From an uncultured virus (IMG/VR IMGVR_UViG_3300042973_000010) (lineage: Duplodnaviria > Heunggongvirae > Uroviricota > Caudoviricetes): a stretch of DNA of 64,000 nucleotides. Where the stretch lies: the IMG/VR virus record IMGVR_UViG_3300042973_000010; one strand, given 5' to 3'. Positions 51,219 through 59,602 of the stretch are shown piece by piece. The notes below the pieces were generated by a model. The model was not told the origin of the DNA, searched no databases, and saw only the letters and a list, made by a program, of their open reading frames with translations. Positions within the stretch are counted from its first letter, which is position 1; each line of letters begins with the position of its first letter. Both the position numbers and the translations under genes were made by a program.

Positions 51219-52555
51219 AAGGGCGTCCTCCTTTCCCGGAGCCGGGTATCGGACTCCGATTGTTCCCGTGATTCTTTTGTCTGTCCTTCCTGTGTTTCAC
51301 CTGATTCCTCCGTTTCCTTAGGTGCCGAGGCGGCGAAGATGCCAGCGTCCTCGAGTTTGGTCATGTTGCCGTTGATGAGGTACAGATCCCCGCCTTCATC
51401 CGCCGGGATGCGGTCGAGGTTCTCAAGCTCGCGGATGTCGTTTGCGCTCATCCAGCCGTTCTGGCGTGCGGTGGCGTAACCGTTCATGCGGCTTTGGTAA
51501 TCGCCTCTGAGAAGGCCGTCTACGTTGAACTTGAAGAAGTATTCTTTCTTTTCCTCGGGGCGGAGGAGGGCGCGCCGCATGGACTGTTCCCAGCGGGAGA
51601 CCCACGGGTCGAGCGTGTATTTCACGAATTCCAGCGACTGCTGTTCGATGTTGCTGAACGAGCTTTTCTCAAGGTCGCCGATCATGTGCGGCGGAATCCT
51701 GAATATCCTTGCGATCTCGTCAATCTGGAATTTGCGCGTCTCGAGGAACTGCGCCTGTTCCGGTGAAATGGAGATCGGCGTGTATTTCATGCCTTCCTCG
51801 AGGACAGCCACCTTGTTGGAATTGGCAGAGCCGCCGAAAGCGGAATTCCAGCTTTCCCTGACGCGCTCCGGGTCCTTCACCACGCCGGGGTGTTCCAAAA
51901 TGCCTCCCGGCGTCGCGCCGTTTGCGAAAAACTTCGCGCCGTATTCCTCACAGGCGATTGCCATACCGATGCTGTTTTTTGCCATCGCGATCGGCGAGTA
52001 GCCGACAAGTCCGTCGAAGCCGAGCCCCGGAATGTGGAGCACGTCGTATGGCGTAAGCCGTACAAGACTTCCTTCCATCGTGTGCGCCTCGTCCTGCGAG
52101 GTCTGGTATTCGTAGAAAAGCTCGCCGTTTTCATCGCGGTCGACCCTCATCCGGTTCGGCATCAGCGGATAAAGCGCTACGACTTCTCCCTTGCCGTTTC
52201 GAATGATCTGCGCGTAGGCGTTGCCCCACAAAAGCAGGTGCGTCATGAGGGTCTCCCGGAAGACGAAACTCGTCATTTCCGGGTTAGGTTCGTCGTGCAG
52301 CAGTGTATAAAGCGGATGGTCGAGCGCCTTTTCTTTGCTGCCGTTTGCCGTGTAGCGGTACAAATGGAGAGGCAGTCCCGCGATCGCCTCGGAAAGAATC
52401 CGGACGCAGGAATAGACCGCCGTGATCTGCATGGCGGATCGTTCCGTCACGGATTTTCCTGATGTGGTTCCGCCGAAGAAGAAGCGGTAGCTGCTTCCTG
52501 TGGTGGAGTCTTTCGGCTTGTCACGGCTTTTGAAGATTCCTTTGAAAATGCTCAT
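51215..52555 (-). CDS. Portal protein
   Basis: Same motifs as 6025..7353. Confidence 0.95.
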   Translation of the reverse strand: MSIFKGIFKSRDKPKDSTTGSSYRFFFGGTTSGKSVTERSAMQITAVYSCVRILSEAIAGLPLHLYRYTANGSKEKALDHPLYTLLHDEPNPEMTSFVFRETLMTHLLLWGNAYAQIIRNGKGEVVALYPLMPNRMRVDRDENGELFYEYQTSQDEAHTMEGSLVRLTPYDVLHIPGLGFDGLVGYSPIAMAKNSIGMAIACEEYGAKFFANGATPGGILEHPGVVKDPERVRESWNSAFGGSANSNKVAVLEEGMKYTPISISPEQAQFLETRKFQIDEIARIFRIPPHMIGDLEKSSFSNIEQQSLEFVKYTLDPWVSRWEQSMRRALLRPEEKKEYFFKFNVDGLLRGDYQSRMNGYATARQNGWMSANDIRELENLDRIPADEGGDLYLINGNMTKLEDAGIFAASAPKETEESGETQEGQTKESREQSESDTRLRERRTPL

Positions 52556-52625
52556 AAAATTTCCTCCGAACTGATAAGAGCCTCCCTGAGAAGGAGGCTC
52601 TGATAGTAAATCGTGTAAGTTTTAT

Positions 52626-54233
52626 TCAGATGAACAGGATGCCGCGGCTGTCATAAACCGACTCGGTGTTGTCGTTCCCGCAGCGGATCGCACGGTCAAG
52701 AGCCATGATGGCAGCGATCGCGCCGTCGATCTTCTCCGTGGATTTCTCTTTATCGGCTTTGATGTTCCCCGCCGGGTCCGTTCGGATATAGATGTTGTCC
52801 ATCATCCAGCGGAGCACCGGATGCCCGCCGTGGGCGATCCTTTTTTCCAGTACGAGCTTCATCAGTTCTTTGGTGGGCGGACTCATGTCCTTGAAGCCCT
52901 GACCGAACGGAACGACGGTGAAGCCCATGCCCTCTAAGTTCTGTACCATCTGGACGGCTCCCCAGCGGTCGAATGCGATCTCGCGGATGTTAAAGCGCTC
53001 GCCTAATCGTTCTATGAACTTCTCGATATAGCCGTAATGGATGACGTTTCCCTCCGTGGTCTGCAGCACGCCCTGTTTCTCCCAGAGATCGTAGGGAACG
53101 TGGTCGCGCCGGACTCTGAGGTCAAGCGTGTCCTCCGGTACCCAGAAATAAGGGAGGATTACATATTTGCCGTCTTCATCTTCAGGAGGGAAGACGAGAA
53201 CGAAAGCGGTGATGTCTGTCGTGCTGGACAGGTCGAGACCGCCGTAGCAGACTTTTCCCTCGAGGTCGTCTTCGTTTACCGGAAAGGCACAGGCGTCCCA
53301 CTTGTCCATCGGCATCCAGCGCACGGACTGTTTCACCCACTGGTTGAGGCGGAGCTGACGGAAGGCGTTCTCTTCACCGGGGTTTTGCTTTGCGGACTCG
53401 CAGGCAGCTTTGACCTTGTCGATTCCGACCGTGATGCCGAGACTCGGGTTCGCTCTCTTCCAGACTTCCGGGTCGGTCCAGTCCTCGGATTCGTCCGCTC
53501 CGAAGATGACCGGGTAGAACGTCGGGTCATGTTTTCTGCCGCTCATGATGTCGAGCGCCTTTTCGTGCTGCTCGTAGCAGATCGAATGCGTGTCGTTTCC
53601 GGCGGTGGTGATGAGGAAGAACAGCGGCTGCATCCTCGCGTCGCCGGAACCTTTCGTCATAACGTCGAACAGTTTCCGGTTCGGCTGCGTGTGCAGCTCA
53701 TCGAAGATGACGCCGTGGGTATTGAATCCGTGTTTATTCGCGACATCCGCAGACAGCACCTGATAGAAGCTGTGCGTCGGCAGGTATTCGAGCCGCTTCT
53801 GCGATTCAAGGATCTTTACGCGCTTTGAGAGCGCCGGGCAGAAGCGGACCATGTCGACCGCGACGTCGAACACGATCTTGGCCTGATTCCGGTCGGCCGC
53901 GCAGCCGTATACTTCGGCGCGTTCCTCGTTATCTCCGCAGGTAAGAAGCAGTGCGATTGCAGCGGCAAGCTCCGATTTTCCCTGCTTCTTAGGGATTTCC
54001 ACATAAGCGGTGTTGAACTGACGGTATCCGTTTTCTTTGATCACACCGAAGAGGTCGCGGACGATCTGCTCCTGCCAGTCGATGAGCTCGAACGGTTTTC
54101 CCGCCCAGGTTCCCTTGGTATGGCAGAGCTGCTCGATAAAGAGCACCGCGTAGTCCGCGAGCGCCTCGTCGTAGTGGGAGGTCGGTTCCATGAAACGCGT
54201 CGTCTTGTAATCTTTCAGTTTCCGCATGGCCAA
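52626..54233 (-). CDS. Terminase large subunit
   Basis: PKKQGKS, IFDELH, GGLDLS. Confidence 0.95.
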   Translation of the reverse strand: MAMRKLKDYKTTRFMEPTSHYDEALADYAVLFIEQLCHTKGTWAGKPFELIDWQEQIVRDLFGVIKENGYRQFNTAYVEIPKKQGKSELAAAIALLLTCGDNEERAEVYGCAADRNQAKIVFDVAVDMVRFCPALSKRVKILESQKRLEYLPTHSFYQVLSADVANKHGFNTHGVIFDELHTQPNRKLFDVMTKGSGDARMQPLFFLITTAGNDTHSICYEQHEKALDIMSGRKHDPTFYPVIFGADESEDWTDPEVWKRANPSLGITVGIDKVKAACESAKQNPGEENAFRQLRLNQWVKQSVRWMPMDKWDACAFPVNEDDLEGKVCYGGLDLSSTTDITAFVLVFPPEDEDGKYVILPYFWVPEDTLDLRVRRDHVPYDLWEKQGVLQTTEGNVIHYGYIEKFIERLGERFNIREIAFDRWGAVQMVQNLEGMGFTVVPFGQGFKDMSPPTKELMKLVLEKRIAHGGHPVLRWMMDNIYIRTDPAGNIKADKEKSTEKIDGAIAAIMALDRAIRCGNDNTESVYDSRGILFI

Positions 54234-54360
54234 TGAGCGCCCGCCTCCTTTCAGGGCAAAAGAAAAGACCGCCGAAGCGATCTGCAAAAAAATCTATTTC
54301 AGTACGAGAGCAAGAGCCTTTGTCGGCTCTGCTTTCGGAATGTTCAAATTCATGTGTTTC

Positions 54361-54588
54361 TTAGTTGTACTGTTTCAGAAGAGCTGCGTAAGCGAGCTGG
54401 CTTGCTTCATCTTCCGGTTCGATGTCCCAGCCGCGGTCGTAGTTTAAGGTGACCTTGCCGTTTACCCGAAGCTCCATCTTCGAAATGCGTCCTCCGTCGA
54501 TTCCGTATTCTTCGGAAGGCTCCTCGTAATGCTTTACCCAGTATTTAACGCTTGTTCCTTCGATCAGAAGTGTTCCTTTTTCCCACAT
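54361..54588 (-). CDS. Conserved small phage protein
   Basis: Homologue of 9100..9348. Confidence 0.8.
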   Translation of the reverse strand: MWEKGTLLIEGTSVKYWVKHYEEPSEEYGIDGGRISKMELRVNGKVTLNYDRGWDIEPEDEASQLAYAALLKQYN

Positions 54589-54635
54589 GGTCTTGTCCTC
54601 CGTTCGCTTTGTTTTCCCTTTCGGTACGTACATAT

Positions 54636-54662
54636 ATCACTCTGAACGCCTGTAATAGCAAG
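54636..54662 (-). promoter_or_regulatory. Repeated promoter-like motif (copy 4)
   Basis: Identical to 9763..9789. Confidence 0.7.
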
Positions 54663-54735
54663 TCATTTCAAGGAATATATGTGACAATCTTCCGGGAAGT
54701 TCCCGCGGGGTGGATTGTGTAACTGCGTCAATCGG

Positions 54736-55101
54736 TTATGCTTCCTTGATGGTCATCTTGAAGGCCGGGATCAGTGCGCGCTCCTTGCTACCAAAGTGGG
54801 TATAGCGTTCTTTGATCTTGACAATCCCGTCCAGTGTGCAGCCGAGTTCCTCAAAGCGGGCGATGGTTTCGATAAGGCTTGAAAAGGTGGAACTGATCGT
54901 GAATTCCTTGATGCCGAGCTTCCTGCAGTCGGCAAGGATCGTTTCGATGTCGTCGTCCCAGATGACCTCGGCGAAGTTCGGCAGGTCGTTTCCTGCTTCC
55001 TTGCTGTAAAGATATGCCTGTCCGAGCGTCCAGTGGCATCCGATGTCTTCCCATTTCATTCCCGGCTTTGCGTTTTCGATGGCTTCAACTGTGTACTTCA
55101 T
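54736..55101 (-). CDS. Conserved phage hypothetical protein
   Basis: Homologue of 9352..9717. Confidence 0.82.
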   Translation of the reverse strand: MKYTVEAIENAKPGMKWEDIGCHWTLGQAYLYSKEAGNDLPNFAEVIWDDDIETILADCRKLGIKEFTISSTFSSLIETIARFEELGCTLDGIVKIKERYTHFGSKERALIPAFKMTIKEA

Positions 55102-55151
55102 GTCTGTTTCCTCCTGATTCTCTGTGGTTTTCCCTTCCGGTGTGTCTATAT

Positions 55152-55178
55152 ATCACTCTGTCCGGCACAGATAGCAAG
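55152..55178 (-). promoter_or_regulatory. Repeated promoter-like motif (copy 5)
   Basis: CTTGCTA-N12-AGAGTGAT. Confidence 0.68.
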
Positions 55179-55221
55179 TCAATTTTTCAAGAGAAATTGA
55201 TAACTTTCTGTGTCCGGAAAA

Positions 55222-55407
55222 TCAGGATTCCCCGGTCATGATGAAGCGGACGTATTCGTCACGGTGCTCCTCGATGAAGAGGACCAGCTCGTAGTATCCG
55301 CGGTCAAACGCGAGCCGCTGCACGCAGGGCAGGTCGAACATGTTCGTAAGACCAGTGTCGCGGATTTCGAGGATCTGTTCCTTGATGGTTTCCGTCATGT
55401 CACTCAC
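55222..55407 (-). CDS. DUF5049-like protein
   Basis: IRDTGLTNMFD. Confidence 0.78.
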   Translation of the reverse strand: MSDMTETIKEQILEIRDTGLTNMFDLPCVQRLAFDRGYYELVLFIEEHRDEYVRFIMTGES

Positions 55408-55624
55408 CGACCTTTCGCACGATGTCTTCGCCGTAGATTACGTTCAGGCCGCTGCCGTTGTCCCAGTGGATGAGCAGGCTGCCGGTATCGTCGATGCCGT
55501 AGACGGTTCCTTTTGTTCCGATGGGCGGGGCCTGCACATCATCCATCCGCACGAGCTCGACGCGGGTGCCGTTCGGGTAGGTTCTGCGGAGCAGTTCAAG
55601 CTGCTCCGGTCTGATCATCCTCAT
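55400..55624 (-). CDS. DUF4314-like protein
   Basis: GTRVELV.MDD..APPIGTKG. Confidence 0.8.
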   Translation of the reverse strand: MRMIRPEQLELLRRTYPNGTRVELVRMDDVQAPPIGTKGTVYGIDDTGSLLIHWDNGSGLNVIYGEDIVRKVGE

Positions 55625-56346
55625 GCCTGCACCTCCTCATCCGAGTCCTTTTCCGGCGCGCCATTCTTCCAGCTGGAATTTCCGGAGAGGTTCCGCAGAA
55701 GGATCTTGCGGCTTCCCTTGTACTCGGAGCCGATGAATCCGAGGCGGAGCAGGAAGCAGCGGAAGGCGTATTTTTCGTTTGTGACCGGCGTCTCTTTGCT
55801 GCTGGTGCGCTTGAGTTCCTTCGAGAGCTTGCAGAGCAGGGAAATGAACTCAGTGTAGGCTTTTGCCTCGTCCGGTTCCGGCAGTTCCTTGAACCAAGGG
55901 AAGGCGATGCGGTCGTCCTTGATCTCGAATCGCAGGTCGTCCACGCCGAGCGCCTTTTTAATGAGGCTGCCTTTGGCTTCGAGGATGTTCGTCAGGTTTC
56001 CGACCGCTGCCTTGTCTGACGGAATCTCAACCGTAAGACCGGTTTCTTCGGACTCTGTCGTGCTTTCTTCTGCGTCTGCAGGTTCTTCCTCGATTTCGGG
56101 TTCCGCCGTTGCATCGGGTTCCTGTGTGAAGCCTGCCTCTGTGAGTGCTTCGGTGATCCGGCTGATGGTTTCCGGTGCAGTGCGCTCATCCCATTCAAGT
56201 GTGCCGTTCTTGGTGACGGTCAGATCTCCGATTTCAAAATTGCAGGTCGGCATGAATTTGTATTCCGCCTTGACTCCGGTAGTATCCGAAATAACCTTGA
56301 CCAGTTCCTTGCGCCTTGCTCCTGTTACGTTGTAATTGATTCGCAT
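55621..56346 (-). CDS. Conserved phage protein ('virulence-related' family)
   Basis: NEKYAFRCFLLRLGFIG. Confidence 0.78.
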   Translation of the reverse strand: MRINYNVTGARRKELVKVISDTTGVKAEYKFMPTCNFEIGDLTVTKNGTLEWDERTAPETISRITEALTEAGFTQEPDATAEPEIEEEPADAEESTTESEETGLTVEIPSDKAAVGNLTNILEAKGSLIKKALGVDDLRFEIKDDRIAFPWFKELPEPDEAKAYTEFISLLCKLSKELKRTSSKETPVTNEKYAFRCFLLRLGFIGSEYKGSRKILLRNLSGNSSWKNGAPEKDSDEEVQA

Positions 56347-56398
56347 TGTGTTTACCTCCGTTTTCGTTGTGGTTGTTTGCCTTTTGGCATGTCTATAC

Positions 56399-56425
56399 AT
56401 CACTCTTTCCGGGTGTAATAGCAAG
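56399..56425 (-). promoter_or_regulatory. Repeated promoter-like motif (copy 6)
   Basis: CTTGCTA-N12-AGAGTGAT. Confidence 0.68.
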
Positions 56426-56500
56426 CGAATCAGGGGTATTTCTCACGTAAAAAATTTTCCGATTATCCTTGGCTGAAACTGTGCTTAGTACACAAAGAAA

Positions 56501-57760
56501 TCAGCCTGCGTCCGGAAGCTCGACTTCCTTCACAAGGTCAGAATACAGGAGCTTTTTGCCGTCCCGGACGACATACACATTTTCCGAATCACCGGTATCT
56601 TCCACATAGCGACGGAGGATAACCGAGGCATATTTCGGATCAAGCTCCATCGTCATGCAGGTGCGGTTCAGCTGCTCACACGCCATGAGGGTTGAGCCGG
56701 AACCGCCGAAGGTGTCGAGAACGATAGCGTTCTCCTGTGTGGAGTTTGAAATCGGATAACCGAGCAGGTCGAGCGGCTTGCTGGTCGGATGATCCTTGTT
56801 GCGCTTTGGCTTGTCGAAATTCCAGATCGTCGTTTCGGAGCGTCCGGCGTACCACGGGTGCTTGCCGTTCTGAAGAAATCCGTACAGGATCGGTTCATGC
56901 TGCCATTGATAGTCGGAGCGGCCGAGCACGAGAGAGTTCTTCACCCAGATACACACGCCTGCGAGATGAAATCCCGCGTCGACGAACGCACGCCGGAATG
57001 TGAGACCTTCCGTGTCGGCGTGGAAGCAATAGGCAGCACCGCCTTTCTCGAGGTGATCCGCCATGTTTTTGAATGCGGAGAGCAGAAAGTTGTAGAATTC
57101 CTCTCCCTTGAGACTGTCGTTCTGAATGGTCAGCCCGTCGGACGCCTTGAATGAGACGCCGTAAGGCGGGTCAGTAAGGACGAGGTTGGCGCGTTTGCCG
57201 TCCATTAGTGTAGTTACATCTTCGGGCTTCGTTGCGTCACCGCACATCAGACGGTGCCTGCCGACCGTCCAGATGTCGCCGGGTTCCACGAACGAGGCTT
57301 TTTCCAAAGCGGCAGTCAGGTCGAAGTCATCGTCCTCGATGGTATTGTTATCACTTCCGTTTAAGAGTTTCTCGAGCTCCTTGTCGTCAAAGCCAAGAAG
57401 TGACAGGTCGAATGATTGATCCTGCAGATCGGATAGTTCAACGGATAGCATCTCCTCGTCCCATCCGGCGTTTAATGCGAGCTGGTTGTCAGCGAGGATG
57501 TACGCGCGTTTCTGTGCTTCGGTGAGGTCTTCGGCAAACACGCAGGGCACAGTTTCGTAACCTTCCTCGCGTGCAGCCATGATCCTTCCGTGTCCGACGA
57601 GGATGTTGTAATCCTGATCGATGACCGCCGGAGATACGAATCCGAATTCGCGGAGGGACGCACGGAGCTGCGCGATCTGCTCCTTTGAGTGTGTTCTTGC
57701 ATTTCTTGCGTAAGGCACCAGCTTGTCGATCGGCACCTGTTCCAGTCTTTTTGTGTTCAT
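56501..57760 (-). CDS. ParB-like domain plus N6-A/N4-C DNA methyltransferase
   Basis: DPPY, HPTSKP, DTFGGSGS. Confidence 0.92.
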   Translation of the reverse strand: MNTKRLEQVPIDKLVPYARNARTHSKEQIAQLRASLREFGFVSPAVIDQDYNILVGHGRIMAAREEGYETVPCVFAEDLTEAQKRAYILADNQLALNAGWDEEMLSVELSDLQDQSFDLSLLGFDDKELEKLLNGSDNNTIEDDDFDLTAALEKASFVEPGDIWTVGRHRLMCGDATKPEDVTTLMDGKRANLVLTDPPYGVSFKASDGLTIQNDSLKGEEFYNFLLSAFKNMADHLEKGGAAYCFHADTEGLTFRRAFVDAGFHLAGVCIWVKNSLVLGRSDYQWQHEPILYGFLQNGKHPWYAGRSETTIWNFDKPKRNKDHPTSKPLDLLGYPISNSTQENAIVLDTFGGSGSTLMACEQLNRTCMTMELDPKYASVILRRYVEDTGDSENVYVVRDGKKLLYSDLVKEVELPDAG

Positions 57761-57763
57761 ATC

Positions 57764-58315
57764 TTATAGTCCCTTCCTTGCGCGGAGCAGGCGTTCCATT
57801 ACGTCGTCCTGCACATCCGCACCGTTGTAATCCGTCAGACAGTTTTCTTTCACAACCTGATAGATCTGATACCAGAGCTGGTTCGTCTGTTTCATGTAGT
57901 TCTGCGACATCGTGACGAACGGAGACGCGATGGGCTTTCCACTGGTCGGATGCTTCGAGAGCATCGAGTAGCGGGAGATCGCATGCTCGCACTGAATCCA
58001 CCTCGCGACGCTCATTGCGTACTGGTCGATGAGCTGTCGGGAGACGAGCTTCTCGCAGCCAAGGCTCGCAAGCCACTCCCAGGTTTCCTTGAACACGTCC
58101 GCCGCACACAAATCGATGCCGCTTTGCTGTTTTTCGAGCATATAGTCGCGCGGGTCCGGCGCTTCGCGGCCCTCCATGTCCGGAGGTTCGGGAAGGTCCA
58201 TGATCTGCAGTTTCCTGCCGCCGGGATTTCCCGCATCGATTTTTTCCTTGATTGCTTTGCTCGGGCGTCCCTGCCCGAAACGTTGACCGCCTCTGGCAGT
58301 TCCGTCTTTCGCCAT
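57764..58315 (-). CDS. Terminase small subunit (P27 family-like)
   Basis: MAKDGT.RGG.R, KHPTSG..IASPF. Confidence 0.82.
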   Translation of the reverse strand: MAKDGTARGGQRFGQGRPSKAIKEKIDAGNPGGRKLQIMDLPEPPDMEGREAPDPRDYMLEKQQSGIDLCAADVFKETWEWLASLGCEKLVSRQLIDQYAMSVARWIQCEHAISRYSMLSKHPTSGKPIASPFVTMSQNYMKQTNQLWYQIYQVVKENCLTDYNGADVQDDVMERLLRARKGL

Positions 58316-58380
58316 ATAAATTCACTCCTTCAAAGCCCGCTTGGGGCTATTCCTCGTTTGTTTTCGCTTTTTTCGCACAG

Positions 58381-58432
58381 AAGACCCCGCGCCGTTTTCC
58401 GCAGGCGAAGGCAACAGAGATTTTGACCGCCC
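58381..58432. other. Putative cos/packaging site of prophage R
   Basis: Blocks identical to 12970..13020. Confidence 0.55.
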
Positions 58433-58453
58433 CTACCTCGTCGTCGCAAAGAT

Positions 58454-58807
58454 TTATCTGTCGCCGCGTTCCTTGTGGATCTTCTCGTGGCAGGAGCGAC
58501 AAAGACTCATGAGGTTCGACTCGTCGTTCGTTCCGCCTTCGGAGAGAGGAACGATGTGGTGTACTTCCTCAACCGCAACATATCGTCCGTGCTTCAGGCA
58601 CTCCTCGCAGAGGGGATGCTTGTGGACGTAACGCGTGCGGATGCGCTGCCACGCTCTGCCGTATCGTTTGCCGGTAGAGTAGCCACGCGTGAACTTCTCG
58701 TAGTGCTTTTCCATCAAAGCCTTGTGCTTGTCGCAGTACTGTTCACCGTCCTCGCAGAGGTTCGGACAGCCGGGATAGCGGCAGGGGCGTTTCGGTTTTC
58801 TTGGCAT
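58454..58807 (-). CDS. HNH endonuclease
   Basis: PLCEEC, VHHIVPL, NLMSLC.SCH. Confidence 0.92.
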   Translation of the reverse strand: MPRKPKRPCRYPGCPNLCEDGEQYCDKHKALMEKHYEKFTRGYSTGKRYGRAWQRIRTRYVHKHPLCEECLKHGRYVAVEEVHHIVPLSEGGTNDESNLMSLCRSCHEKIHKERGDR

Positions 58808-58906
58808 GGCTTGCCGCCTCCTTCCTGGCATAACATAAGAAAAGCCCCGAAAGGATTAACCTTCCGAGGCTCAATGCGGCTGTGCCGCTTTTCATTCTGT
58901 TTTTCT

Positions 58907-58967
58907 ATTGTAGTTATATCACAGGCGGGTACTGCCATTCACTGCCAAACACTGCCAAAGGCTGTCA
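58907..58967 (-). promoter_or_regulatory. Putative late promoter: four 10-bp-phased TGRCAG repeats plus TACAAT
   Basis: CTGCCA (+) at 58932, 58942, 58952 and CTGTCA at 58962. Confidence 0.68.
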
Positions 58968-59384
58968 ACTTTTATCCGGCACGGGGAAATGCTGCAGAGC
59001 GCTGCCATGGATGCGGAAGACCGTCCGTTCCGACACATTCATCAGGCTTTCGATTTCTTCCCATGTGCAGTTGTCGACGTACCGGTAGCGCAGCACCAGC
59101 TGTTCCTCCGGGTTAGTAATCGTATCAATGCGGCGGTTGATCTCATCTCGCAAGGATATGAGCTGCGCCACCTTTTTCTCAACGTCAGCCTGAATCTCTG
59201 CTACCTTTTCCAGACAGTGAACGAAGTTCGCGTCAGAGGGACGGTTCGGGTTATGTGGCATGCCGTCGAACCTCGAACCGGAAATGCTGGTGGACATTTC
59301 TCTCCAGTAGTCAATCTCACGGAGGCGGGCATTGATCAGCGCGTCTAAGTGCTTGGCTTGCATCAGGTATTGTTTTGGCGTCAT
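58965..59384 (-). CDS. RinA/ArpU/DUF1492-like late activator
   Basis: KQYL.QA, LRYRY....WEEI...MNVSERTVFRIHG.AL. Confidence 0.8.
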   Translation of the reverse strand: MTPKQYLMQAKHLDALINARLREIDYWREMSTSISGSRFDGMPHNPNRPSDANFVHCLEKVAEIQADVEKKVAQLISLRDEINRRIDTITNPEEQLVLRYRYVDNCTWEEIESLMNVSERTVFRIHGSALQHFPVPDKS

Positions 59385-59602
59385 GATTCCACCTCCTCTT
59401 GAAGTTTTCGGATTAACAACTCGCCATCGACCGAAGTCAGGCACGCATACCATTTAGAGTGGAAGAAGCGTTCCAGTTCATCCCTGTCTGCCTTCGCCGA
59501 TTTGCTTTTCGGATTCAACCGTAGTGTTTTCAGAGCTTTTCTGTAGTCTTTGACTGCCTGCAGCACGATGGCGTTTGCGAGATTTTCATATGGGTCAGTC
59601 AT
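59381..59602 (-). CDS. Conserved phage hypothetical protein
   Basis: DPYENLANAIVLQAVKDYR. Confidence 0.8.
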   Translation of the reverse strand: MTDPYENLANAIVLQAVKDYRKALKTLRLNPKSKSAKADRDELERFFHSKWYACLTSVDGELLIRKLQEEVES

